DNA from: Octopus sinensis
Taxonomy: Eukaryota
Direction of reading: 5' to 3'
Assembly (NCBI RefSeq): GCF_006345805.1
Contig: NC_043003.1
Location: forward strand, 44,392,001-44,456,000
DNA: 64,000 bases
The position numbers were made by a program, and so were the translations under genes. Positions within the stretch are counted from its first letter, which is position 1, and each line of letters opens with the position of its first letter. Positions 1 to 12,274 of the stretch are shown here, in pieces. The notes under the pieces were generated by a model that did not search any database, was not told where the DNA came from, and was given only the letters and a program-made list of their open reading frames with translations.

Positions 1-448
1 GCTATTTCAGATTAAATTTGTATTGCCTTTCATTCAAATAAGGAATTGCAATAAGCACTCGGTTATATGAGAGCATTCTAGTACTCAGGTGAATTCTTAA
101 CGAAGCTTGAAGCATGACAGGAAATTATTTGTTTTCTTGCATTACAATAATAAAAAATTTCACTTATAGCAGTTTAAATTTCCACGTAGGGTATGTAATT
201 AATAAGACTATTGAAATATATAATCAAAGACTACACTCTGTACATGGAATGCCTGATGTGATTTTGTCATTTGTTATGTCATTTTGTTGTTTCATTATGA
301 AATTGTGTAATCCTATTTGCCACCTCTTCCTATATATTTTCATGTCTGTGTGCCCGGTTTATGTATCTGTGCTTACATCATTGCCTGTTACGCACAGTTG
401 TATACATATATGTGCCTATTCGTATACTCTTATATAGATGTGAAAGTA

Positions 449-510
<62 letters not shown>
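449..510. repeat. (TA)n(GA)n compound microsatellite
   Basis: Directly visible dinucleotide runs. Confidence 0.95.
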
Positions 511-513
<3 letters not shown>

Positions 514-1924
514 TGCTTAAATGTAAGTGTAAGGGTGAGTGTATAAATCCAAGAAGATACGACTATAGACGTATCTTAACGTGACTAATCTGTACACATA
601 TATATATATATATATGCAGGACTGTGTAAATGTGTGACTCTCTTAATATGTCTGTGTGAGTACGTAAAGGATGTATATCGATAGTGATGACCGTATTTAT
701 GAGTGTACAAGTACCATTAAAACACGCCCACTAGACCCAGGCAAAGTGCAGTGCAAAATGCGTGACTACTCACACGGCGGTATCGTATCACTGGTCATTA
801 ATGGGCACCGACGTTATTAATGCATACCTAAATATGTGTACGAGTGCGTGTAAGTGTGCCAGACCACGCGTACGTGTGTGTTTGTATATGCATGTGCATT
901 TGTACGAGCACGTATACGTCCGCCAGGCCACGTGTGTGCGGACGTTTGTACATCCATATCTACAGCGAATTTTACTAAATCACTGTTATATACTACTTCA
1001 ATTTCAACAAGTCTTTCCTTCTGTATTTGGAATTTAAGACGTCTTTAATGAATTCTGCAGCCCGTATTGGTTTAGTATACTACACTGTAGCCTTTAAATA
1101 TTCAAATTTTGGGGTTCCCAAAATCTTAGAATGCGTCATCAAATCCATAACTATTTAATAAATAGATAAGCATTGCAAAGTAATTTTTTAAAAAATGAAT
1201 CATTTACAAGTATATGTAGCCTTCTTCAATAGTGCCTTTCCTTCTCTGAATATTCATAAATAATAGCAGGGAAGTTCAAAACCCTCATATTCTATCTTTA
1301 ATCAATTCATTTCATATTATTGTCCATATATTTAAACACTGGATCAGATAAAACCTGCCCCATAATTATGTATGATATAAAAGTACGTAATGACTAGATG
1401 TTGTACAACTAAATGAGAAATCAAATTGCGAAATTATCACAAAAGAGCTTTGAAATATATTCGAACAACATTTAAATAATTCAAACATTTCTGAAAGGAA
1501 GTTTACAGTCTAATATTTGACTATAAGTGGATTTTTATTCTGCTATAAACTAATAATAACCTCTCATGCCAGAATTGACGGGACTGGTCATTTCGTTTTC
1601 TCTGTGCAGTCCATTAAGCAGTGGATCAATATCCTACAGTCATTAGATAAGGCTGAGAAAATTAGCTTTAAACTTCACAGATTTAGACGCAAAAAACGTA
1701 GATGTGTGATGGAATTTTTGCTTCGTTAAATATATTTCTTTTTTATGATGTACAAAGACTGAAGTGACTTCACAAGTTAGGAAAAAATTTTGCTTTTCTC
1801 AAAGGTAATCTATAATAGGTAATGACTGAAATCAATTACCTAGTTTCTTAAATCTATGAATTATTTGAAACGGAGATGAGCTTGTGTTCTTTCCAAAAAT
1901 GACTCTTTCTATACACACACTAAC

Positions 1925-2108
1925 TGTTATCGGGATAATAAAAATAATGGAACACCGCTCCCACGTGGAGAGCGGTATGGTGGTATGTGATGGTTGTTAC
2001 AATTAGAATTCGAGTGGTCAAGAAGTCGGCGAAGTCAGTCATAGTTATTCGTGTCTTTACTTGTCTAACTAACTATACTGCTATACCGAAGTATACCTTG
2101 GCGACGAG
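1925..2108 (+). mobile_element. Putative short 5' LTR (~1925-2097) and primer-binding site (TGGCGACGAG, 2099-2108) of a Ty3/Gypsy element
   Basis: Begins TGTT; TGGCGACGAG is a typical Gypsy PBS and lies ~100 bp upstream of a gag-like ATG at 2207. No 3' LTR seen. Confidence 0.6.
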
Positions 2109-2206
2109 GAATTAACAAACTCACGAATATTAAACAAACTCATAAGGAGTTACGAAACTCACAAAAATTTTTATTGGAATTTTACGGTATACAAAATTGT
2201 AAAATT

Positions 2207-3810
2207 ATGGAAGAATTGTTATCCCGTTTGCTCGAGTTGCAAAAACAGCATCGGCAACAACTGCAAGAATAACAGTAGACGCAATTACTATTACAGCAAC
2301 AAATGCTGCAATTAATGCAAAAATGTTGAAAATATGTACTCACCAGATTATGTTGCAAAATCAATAACGGAATTAAAGTATGTGCCAGACGGAGTTTAAT
2401 TAGAGGTATACTATAGAAGATATAAACTAATCTTTTAGAAGGCTCAAATATTGGGACGTTGATATGAAAACGGATCTAATCCTAAGAAAACTGGCAGCAA
2501 CGGAAAAATGAGCATTATGTACTCCCGAAAAAGCTTTCTGACACAAAATTTACAGAAATATAAGGCACACTCGAAATGCTTCAACGTAGAAAAGAATAAT
2601 GAGGGCTACATCACATATGCTAGTAGAGTTAACAGAGAATGTGAAATGTTCAAACTGGATGAGTTAACTCTAGACATGTTCAAGTGGCTGATTTTTACTC
2701 AGAGACTAACTGTAGAAAAAGACGCAGATGTAATAACAAGAATCCTCGCTAAGCTTAGACAAATCCAAGCTGTAACCTTATCACAAGTGTCAGATGAGTG
2801 TGAAAGGATAGTAAATCTAAGGGACGACACAGAAAACTGGACATGATGATTGCTCTCAAGTGAAGCAAGTGCGTCTGAAAATACAAAATACGCAGAATAG
2901 AAATCAAGTGTGTAGTAAAAAACAGTACGAAGAAGATAAAAATAAGGAAACAAACCCATATTTTGCATATCGTGCCTTGGATTTACTATCCTTTCACACT
3001 CCTCTGACACTTGTGATAAGGTTACAGCTTGGTTTTGTTTAAGCTTAGCGAGAAATCTTTTTCTTACATCTGCGTCTTTTTCTACAGTTAGCACCTGAGT
3101 AAAATCAGACACCCGAGAAAAGCTGCCTATTTAAGTAAGTGGAATGTTTCTGTTGTGGAAAAGTTGGACACGTAAAAGCGCACTGTAACATCACGATGAG
3201 AAGTAGGAACAAAGGAAAAATATGTCGTCGAAATAAAATGGTAATGTGAAAAAAAAAAGAAATTCGGAAATGTGAAAATTGAAAATATATGTGTAAAAAT
3301 GCAATTAGATACTGGAAGTGATATTCGAATTGAGAATGAAGAAACTTGGAAGTATACCGGTAAGCCAAAAGTAAGTAGACGGTGTTAGGAGTACAATATA
3401 TTTTGTAGGTGAATTTGTATGTAATGTGACATTTCGTGACCAAATGAAACCGGCAAAAGTATATGTGTTAAAAAATTCAGTATATTTCTTCGGTACAGAG
3501 TTGATGGAACTGTTCAAATTATGGAAGTATTTTGTGTGGGAATATAGTCGGTTCAGTCGAAGGTTCGAATGCGGCTGAGGGATTGGAAGGACATATAAAA
3601 CCTTTCCTCCCGGATGTTTTTCTCGTACGAACTGGGCGTTTGCATGAAAACGAAGGCAAAATGTGTAGTTCAACAAAGTGCAACACATGTATTTAAACCA
3701 AAACGTAATATACTTATGAAATTTGCGCATTTCTCCACTCGAAACTGTATCCTGATATCATGATAAGATTTTAACCGTAGCAAATATACCTTGTCGTTCG
3801 TCATTTTATG
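2207..3810 (+). mobile_element. Degenerate Ty3/Gypsy gag-pol remnant (Mag/K02A2.6-like)
   Basis: Gag-like YASRVNRECEMFKLDELTLDMFKWLIF...DADVITRILAKL; zinc knuckle CFCCGKVGHVKAHC at 3145-3186; aspartic protease MQLDTGSDI at 3299-3325 followed by GEFVCNVTF...VYVLKNSVYFFGTELMELFKLW; pre-RT segment DVFSYELGVCMKTKAK...VFKPKR. Many stops and frameshifts; RT/integrase largely missing. Confidence 0.85.
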
Positions 3811-3899
3811 AGTACATTTCCAGATCATCCATGTAGAAAAGATGACTCCCTTTTTTCTTCATGATCTCATATGCATACCCGGTTTGGTTGAGCATGGTA
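3805..3899 (-). mobile_element. Tiny R4/Dong-type RT core fragment
   Basis: Minus strand reads MLNQTGYAYEIMKKKGSHLFYMDDLEMY, paralleling MLNRTGCGYKCYGKTISHLLYMDDLKLY in the adjacent element but clearly divergent. Confidence 0.7.
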
Positions 3900-3900
3900 C

Positions 3901-3902
3901 TA

Positions 3903-3957
<55 letters not shown>

Positions 3958-3983
3958 TATTACTATTATTATTACTATTATTA
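3901..3983. repeat. (ATT/TAA)n microsatellite at the 3' end of Dong element 1
   Basis: Visible trinucleotide run. Confidence 0.95.
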
Positions 3984-6735
3984 GTCAGTAGTTTTATTTT
4001 TATAGCGTGCTTTCACGTCACTACCGAGCGCAGCTCCGTGTGCCTTGGGTATGTGCTGTGATTTGTTGTGATGCTCAGATGGTTATTGTATGGAAAGTGT
4101 TCTGCGTAGGATGTGTGCAGTGCCTAGTAGTGCAATTTTCTGTATGTTATATGTGTTTGTATAGTCCTGGTGTTTTTGTTATGTATTTGTCTGAATATTT
4201 TTTTATCATGCCTAATGCACCTACTATGATAGGAATTGTTTCTGTTTTCAGATTCCACATCCTAGTTACCTCTATTTCCAGGTCTTTGTATTTTGAGAGT
4301 TTCTCCATTTCTTTTAGAGACACGTTGTCATCAGCCGGTATTGATACATCAATTAGAAAGAAAGCATTTTTTTCTTCATGGTCTCTGACAACTATATCTG
4401 GTCTGTTGGCCTTAATTTCTCTGTCTGTGTGTATCGGCATATCCCAGAGTATGGTTGCTTTCTCGTTTTCTGTGACCTTTTCTGGTGTGTGCCTATACCA
4501 TCTTTTTTCTGTTGTTATTCCATAATGTTGGCATAGCTTCCAATGTATGTAGGTTCCAACTCTGTCATGTCTGTGAATATATTCCTTCTTAGCCAGGACT
4601 GGGCAGCTAGAGATAATATGATTTATTGTTTCTTGTCCATCTCCACATACTCTGCAGTTACTTGTAATATTTCTTTTCATTACATGTTTTTGTAATTTCT
4701 GGTGTGGAGGCTTTGGTCTTGTGCTGCAATTAAAAATCCCTCTGTTTCTGTTTGAGTCCTGAGCTTCTCAACCATTGCTGGGATTTTTCTTTGTTTATTT
4801 CTTTTGCGTTTAGTTTAGTGCAGTATTTACCATGAAGGGGCTTTTCTTGCCATCGTTTTATCATGGCTCGTTGCTGTCTATTTTTAGTTTGGATTTCATT
4901 TGTTTTATAGCTTTTGTTGTTTCTTCATCATCTTCTTCTTCTTCTTTGTGTTTATTAGGTGGTATGATTTCTTGTTTGTATTTGTCAGCTTCCTTAAATA
5001 CTGAGAACAGTTTTTTGTTTTGCTCGTGTTTTGCTGCTATCTGGATCAGTTTTCCTTCCTTCTGAAGTAGGTATTTTTGCAGTCCTATGGTGGTTATTTT
5101 ATAGTAGTTTTCCAGCTGTATAAGGCCTCTACCACCTTCTATACGTTGTATATATAGTCTTTCTATGTCAGATTTTGGGTGATGCATCCTAGATCCTGTC
5201 AGTATTTTTCTTGTTTTCCTATCTATTTTGGACAGTTCATTTCGTGTCCAGTTAAGGATATTGTAGCTGTAACTTATAACTGGGACAGCTAAAGTGTTTA
5301 TACTACCTATTTCTTGTTTTTAGCATTGAGCTCTGTACTTAGTATTGATCTAACTCGTCTATAATATTCTTTTTTTATTTTCTCTTTCATTTGTGGTGTT
5401 GTGTCTTATCTAGTTCATGGATTCCTAAGTATTTGTAAGTTTGGCTTTGGTCTAATTCTTTTATTTCATTGGTTTTATCTAGTGTGATGTTGTTACTCTT
5501 AACTACTTTTCCTCTTTTCATGGTTACTTTGGCGCATTTTTCTAATCCAAATTTCATTTATATTTCTTTGGTAAATCCATGAACTGTCTTTAATAGTGTT
5601 TCCAGCTGTTTGTCATTTGCAGCGTATAGTTTTAGGTCATCCATATATAAAAGGTGGCTGATCGTTTTGCCGTAACATTTATATCCGCATCCAGTTCTGT
5701 TTAGCATATCAGATAGAGGTGACAGTGCCAAGCAGAAAAGGAGTGGAGAGAGCGTGTCTCTCTGGAATATTCCTCTTCTAATGGGGATGTCTTTGGTTTT
5801 CATGAGTCCCTCTTTTGTTTGGAGGTGTAGGACTGTTTGCCATTTATTCATAGAGTGCTCTATGAATTTTATGATTGTTGGTGCTACTTTTGTTAATGGC
5901 TAGTGTTTCGAGGATCCATGTGTGGGGGATGCTATCAAACGCCTTTTTGTAGTCAATCCAGGTCATACTGAGGCCTTTCTTCTTTCTGTGGCTGTCTTCA
6001 GTTACGGCTTTATTAATCACTAGTTGATCTTTACAGCCATATGAGCCCTTGCGGCATCCTTTCTGCTCTTCTGGGAACAGTTTGTTTTCGTCCAGGTGCT
6101 TGTTCAGCCTTTGCGATATCACTGCAGTAAATGCCTTGAACATAGTAGGGAGGCAGGTTATTGGTGTGTAGTTTTCTGGTTTTGTTGTTTCATTTGATTT
6201 GGGAATTAAGATGGTTTTCCCCTTCGTGAGCCATTCAGGCATCGTCTCTGGCTCTGCTAGTATGCTGTTAAAGTTTTCAGCCAGCTTTTTGTGCATTCCT
6301 GTTATATATTTCAACCAGAAGTTGGGGATCTTGTCATGCCCAGGTGCCTTCCAGTTGCTTAGTTTTTGCAGTGCCTGGGTGACCTCTTCAGTTGTTATGG
6401 GGGTCCAAAGTTGTTCAGATGCCGAGTTTGTTATTTTCATACTCCTTTTGTTTTGGCTGTTCGTTCGCCGACCATATTTCTTTCCAGAATTCTTCCAATT
6501 CTTCTGCCGTTGGTGCTGCAGTGACTTCTATTTTATTTTTGCCCAGTTCTTGGTAGAACTTTTTGGGGTCGGAGTTGAACTTTTTGTTCTGTTCAAAGAA
6601 GCGTTGGCGTTTCTCGTACCGGCGCATCCTTTGAGCTTTGGCAAGGATATCTTGCTTCAGCTTTTCTTTTATCTCCGGCAAATCTTTTTCTGTGATGTTA
6701 TATTTGCGGAGCATTTTTGTTCTCTTTTTGTTGCT
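3984..6735 (-). mobile_element. R4/Dong-clade RLE non-LTR retrotransposon, subfamily A copy 1, 5'-truncated and frameshifted
   Basis: RT: KAPGHDKIPNFW, PITCLPTMFK, EQKGCRKG, WIDYKKAFDSIPH, GIFQRDTLSPLLF, YMDD. CCHC knuckle CRVC...ETINHIISSC, RHD motif, restriction-like endonuclease RPDIV...IDVSIP...EKLSKY (4147-4680). (TAA)n on both flanks. Confidence 0.93.
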
Positions 6736-6895
6736 TATTATTATATTATTATTATTATTATTATCATTATTATTATTATAATAATTATTATTATTAATAT
6801 TATTGTTATTATTGTTATTATTGTTGTTATTGTTGTTATTGATGTTATTGTTGTTATTGTTGTTGTTGTTGTTGTTGTTCTTATTGCTATTATTG
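6736..6895. repeat. (ATT)n/(GTT)n compound microsatellite
   Basis: Visible trinucleotide runs. Confidence 0.95.
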
Positions 6896-7420
6896 AGAGA
6901 AAGGTGCCTGCCATCAAAGTGACAGTGGGGTAAAATATACAAAGTCCTGTGTAACCATTACGACTACCCGTCGGATGAGACACCAGGCACTTGCACCACA
7001 ACCATATGTGCGCGTCTTTGTGATCTCATATCAAGATTAACTGCACATGACCCTGCCGGTGGGACCCAGTTATAATTTTCTTTATGTTGAGTAGCTTATC
7101 CTGCTCAAAAGGTCCCTGAATAAGGATTGTTTAAGGATGTTGAACTAAACACACATGTTTCCAGAGGTGAGTTATCCAAACTCCAAAGAAGTCCTCTCAA
7201 CACATGGCTGTGATGTGTCCCCCATCGCCACTACTTCTGCTCGTGATCAGAGATGCACATATCGTCAGCCAGTGAGGGACATGCTCAACCGATTAAGGTC
7301 AAACAACTGACAAACCTGTTTGTGGGATTGAGCTGAATATTTGTTCTAGTTATATCTTTTATACCAAGACAAAACAATGCCATGCAGCAGAAGGCAGTGG
7401 CTTTCGCGGAATCTCATCAT
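6896..7420. repeat. Interspersed non-coding repeat (~520 bp) resembling an abundant Octopus family
   Basis: Higher-GC block between two (ATT)n arrays; recognised from memory of Octopus repeats only; class unresolved. Confidence 0.5.
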
Positions 7421-7424
7421 TAAC

Positions 7425-7485
<61 letters not shown>

Positions 7486-7487
7486 CA

Positions 7488-7524
<37 letters not shown>

Positions 7525-7526
<2 letters not shown>

Positions 7527-8519
7527 GAATGACTTTTGCTTTACATTTGCACAAGCTGGCTCCAAGTCTCACCCAGAGACCTCAAGAGACAACAAGTTGG
7601 AAGTTCATGTTGGTGTTATGCCTAGGATGCGATATATTTGGTTTTGTACTTAGTGTTGTACTAGTGAATGCCGAAAAAAAACATACGAAAATTGTTTGTT
7701 TTAAAACTTGAGATGAAAAAGAAAGTATTTTGCATAGGATATCATACCTATCTTTTGAATTTCTGACATTTTGGGGTTTCCTGGTATCTGAGTTAGGTAG
7801 CAATCAGCCCCTTTTGCTATCATTCCCAAGGCACCTATGATAACAGGTATTGATTTAGTCTTCAGGTTCCACATTTTGCTGATTTCTATTTCCAGATCGT
7901 TATATTTGCTCAGTTTCTGGTAGGTTTTGACAGACACGTTTATATCGATTCGGACAGTCATATCAAGAAGGAGGCATGTTTTTAGTCTGAAATATTTTAC
8001 TATGATGCCTGGCCTATTCGCGTCTATCTTTCTGTCAGTTTGAATGGTGAAGTTCCAGAGGAGTGAGATGTGGTCAATTTCAAACACTGGAGGTGGTTTG
8101 TGTTCCTACAAGTTTTTATCAAGGGGCAAGTCCAGGCTTCTGCAAATTACCCAGTGAATATATTGTGCAGATCTATCATGCTTATTGAGATAATCTGTAG
8201 GCGCAAGGAGACTGCACTTGGAGACAACATGATCAATGGTTTCATTTTGTTGTTGACATACACATGTTGGGCTATTGCCGTTCTTTAATATGTTAGCCTG
8301 GTAGTTCCTTGTAGGTAGGCATTGATCTTGAGGTGCTATGATAAACCCTTCTGTTTCAAATTTTAAGCCAGAGGCCATTAGCCATTGATGGGTCAGGGCT
8401 TTGTCAAAATCTGCATTATTCACTCTCTTTGGGTATTTGCCATTGAGAGGTTTTTCTTGCCATTTATCATTCAGAATATCTAAGGCAGCAGTTTTAGCAC
8501 GGATTTTCATGCACTTATC
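7525..8519 (-). mobile_element. R4/Dong-clade 3' fragment, subfamily B, tandem copy 1
   Basis: KWQEKPLNGKY, ETEGFIIAPQDQ, C..C...ETIDHVVSKC, HDR, RPGIIVK..LLDMTV..QKLSKY..IPVIIGALG; flanked by (ATT)n. Confidence 0.9.
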
Positions 8520-8541
8520 ATTATTATTATTATTATTATTA

Positions 8542-8588
<47 letters not shown>

Positions 8589-8605
8589 TATTATTATTAT
8601 TAATT

Positions 8606-8673
<68 letters not shown>

Positions 8674-8675
<2 letters not shown>

Positions 8676-9668
8676 GAATGACTTTTGCTTTACATTTGCA
8701 CAAGCTGGCTCCAAGTCTCACCCAGAGACCTCAAGAGACAACAAGTTGGAAGTTCATGTTGGTGTTATGCCTAGGATGCGATATATTTGGTTTTGTACTT
8801 AGTGTTGTACTAGTGAATGCCGAAAAAAAACATACGAAAATTGTTTGTTTTAAAACTTGAGATGAAAAAGAAAGTATTTTGCATAGGATATCATACCTAT
8901 CTTTTGAATTTCTGACATTTTGGGGTTTCCTGGTATCTGAGTTAGGTAGCAATCAGCCCCTTTTGCTATCATTCCCAAGGCACCTATGATAACAGGTATT
9001 GATTTAGTCTTCAGGTTCCACATTTTGCTGATTTCTATTTCCAGATCGTTATATTTGCTCAGTTTCTGGTAGGTTTTGACAGACACGTTTATATCGATTC
9101 GGACAGTCATATCAAGAAGGAGGCATGTTTTTAGTCTGAAATATTTTACTATGATGCCTGGCCTATTCGCGTCTATCTTTCTGTCAGTTTGAATGGTGAA
9201 GTTCCAGAGGAGTGAGATGTGGTCAATTTCAAACACTGGAGGTGGTTTGTGTTCCTACAAGTTTTTATCAAGGGGCAAGTCCAGGCTTCTGCAAATTACC
9301 CAGTGAATATATTGTGCAGATCTATCATGCTTATTGAGATAATCTGTAGGCGCAAGGAGACTGCACTTGGAGACAACATGATCAATGGTTTCATTTTGTT
9401 GTTGACATACACATGTTGGGCTATTGCCGTTCTTTAATATGTTAGCCTGGTAGTTCCTTGTAGGTAGGCATTGATCTTGAGGTGCTATGATAAACCCTTC
9501 TGTTTCAAATTTTAAGCCAGAGGCCATTAGCCATTGATGGGTCAGGGCTTTGTCAAAATCTGCATTATTCACTCTCTTTGGGTATTTGCCATTGAGAGGT
9601 TTTTCTTGCCATTTATCATTCAGAATATCTAAGGCAGCAGTTTTAGCACGGATTTTCATGCACTTATC
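8674..9668 (-). mobile_element. R4/Dong-clade 3' fragment, subfamily B, tandem copy 2
   Basis: Same sequence as 7525-8519 offset by 1149 bp; ORF translations identical; flanked by (ATT)n. Confidence 0.9.
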
Positions 9669-9670
9669 AT

Positions 9671-9702
<32 letters not shown>

Positions 9703-9729
9703 ATTATTATTATTATTATTATATTATTA

Positions 9730-9806
<77 letters not shown>

Positions 9807-11139
9807 TAAGTCCTCATTTTCAGTGTAATATAAAAATGCAAACATTTGCATTAATTTGAAATGGTGTGTTTCCTAGCTAAGACAACATAAAACGATAAAT
9901 ATAAAGCTTTCAAAAAGTTAACCAACATTTTATTTCTTGCTAGTATTGTTTTCGTCGCTGAAGGTGTTGTTGTCACATGCTGTATCTAAAGTGTGATGGA
10001 GCATAAATACGTTGACAACCATGACAATTATATGTCATTTGAAAGGATATAATATAACTTCGAATACGTTACAAGTGTGCCTATTTGCGCTTTATATTTT
10101 TAATATAGTAGAATGTTATATGAGATAAATATGGTGTTATTTCTTGTAGATCATATAATTGTTTGTGTTTTAAGTTGCAGCTGAGGCAGAGTTGTAAGGC
10201 AAACGTCTTTACACTTTCCCACATATAACATTTCTTTATTTTATATTTCACTGAAATATAGGTTGCTTATGTGTGCATGATATGAACCATGGTGAAAATG
10301 TAAACAAATGGCGCTTGCTATTCAACTCTTACTTAGAAATCGAATTAAAAAGAAGGGCAGTGTGTTTGATTATTACTAAACTCTCAATTTTGTTTGGTTT
10401 GCTTTTGATCATAACATATTTTAGTTGAAACATGTAAGATAATATGTTTATCACTCAATCATAATTTACGCATCGCGTAAATATGAAGAAGAAATCAAAT
10501 GTAAATTTGATAATAAAAAACTATAAATGCATATGTATACATGTGGGTGTGCGAGTGTGTGCGTATCTTTACGTATGAGTGTCTGCAAGCGTGTGATGTT
10601 AACACGGATGTGTTTGTCGGTGTTTATAAAAAGATGGGGGAAAGAAAAATAAAACTTGTTGTTTCGTGAAAATAACGTATAAGATTATAAAGATAGAATG
10701 ATTGAAGTATATGGAGATAATAGATTCATCATTAGTTTCACGATCGAAGCTAATCGATCGATAATCAATAATAATTTTCAAATAAAATTTTAAACGATAT
10801 TTCAATACATCCACAAGTTTGCCCTCATCTAGGTCTCCACTACTCTCTAACCACCCCAGTTGCGACTCCACCGACTTCATTCGCATTCTCTTAGTTCAAA
10901 CATACACTTAATTTGGATGAAAATTGTCTGCATCATACAGGGCAATGGTGTAATGCGTACAGAACGTTCATCCGCATAAGCCGAGATACTAAAATACGCA
11001 TTTATTGACAAACATAACTGTTTACATAGAGTGAGAAAGATATACATAAAACACACACACACACACACACCACACACAAAGACAAAACACAGACAAGACA
11101 CACATATATATATGTATGTATTTATGTATGTATGTGAGG

Positions 11140-11430
11140 CAGGGTCTGAGGCAGCTTTACTGAGTATGTCTTCCTTTGATGCTGACATGCAAGGTCTGTG
11201 CAAAATCCAACCTCAGTAAAGCTGGACTCAAGAGTCATCTTCGTAGTCATAAAGCGAGACACATGAATGACAACCTGGCCACTGGCGGTGATGTAACACA
11301 CCATACTAATCATATCTATCGGGCATGTGGAAGAGAGTGTGATTCGGCAGGAGGACTTAAACGACATGCAAAGGTACATGAAGCCCAGTTATAACTACAG
11401 CCGGCTATTACCGGTAAAGGTATTAGTTGC
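11140..11430 (+). mobile_element. Probable 3' end of an RTE-type LINE with two C2H2-like fingers
   Basis: CKVCAKSNLSKAGLKSHLRSH and a degenerate YRACGRECDSAGGLKRHAKVH, then stop; resembles C-terminal fingers of RTE ORFs. Confidence 0.5.
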
Positions 11431-11552
11431 TAATTCTGTACAAGACATTGTAGATCTTTAGCTGGGCTAAAAAGTCACATTCGATCACAGCACCAGTAAC
11501 AGTTAAGCTTCGTGCGATGGCCATACTCGATAACGTGGGGGCAGCCATAATA

Positions 11553-11614
11553 ATGTATGTATGTATGTATGTATGTATGTATGTATGTATGTATGTATGT
11601 ATGTATGTATGTAT
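11553..11614. repeat. (TATG)n tetranucleotide microsatellite
   Basis: Visible run. Confidence 0.95.
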
Positions 11615-12274
11615 AAAGTGAAATTTAGGCTGGTTTCTATTATAGGAATGCATGAGAGACAGTTGGTGAGAGCAGCACCGACTAAGGCTAGGACGAAGAC
11701 ATACGCATGGAAAATCAGTCGCAAGCGCAGGAACACGTAGTTATAAACACATACACACAAATAAAACACGTTGCATGTAAGCTGCCTGCGTATGTGCGTA
11801 CATATGCTTATATGCATGCATGCATGTATATATGTGTGTGCGTGTGTGTGTGTGGATGCCTGAGCGTGTGTTTATATGTGTTTGTGTGTGTGTTTATACA
11901 TGTATATTCACATATATTACATCTATTACACACACTTCTTTTGACTATTTACGCAAAATACGAAACTCTATACAAGTAAAAAATTAATCGTAGTAAAACA
12001 TAAATCTATATGTATATAAATATAAGCATTGATTGAGAAAATTATCTATCTAATATGTACAAATATATAAACGTGTATACATATGTATTTAGACACACAG
12101 ACGCGACACACACACGCAGGTACGCACATATGCCTACATACGGTTACACAAAGAGCACAAAACCTACAAAAACCCTGTCATGGTTCCCCCAACCAGACCG
12201 GTTTGCGGAGCGAATATCTCCAGGAATAATAAACTTTCGTACTTACTCTCACAAGTATTACGACTTCTCATAGA

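Noticed and set aside
6199-6933. 244-aa plus-strand ORF and similar plus-strand ORFs at 4007-4525 and 52646-54528
   Set aside because: Antisense shadows of the minus-strand Dong ORF.
7425-9806. CRISPR-like or prokaryotic repeat-spacer system
   Set aside because: Repeats are eukaryotic microsatellites and TE duplicates; no constant-length repeat-spacer array or operon-like gene density anywhere in the window.
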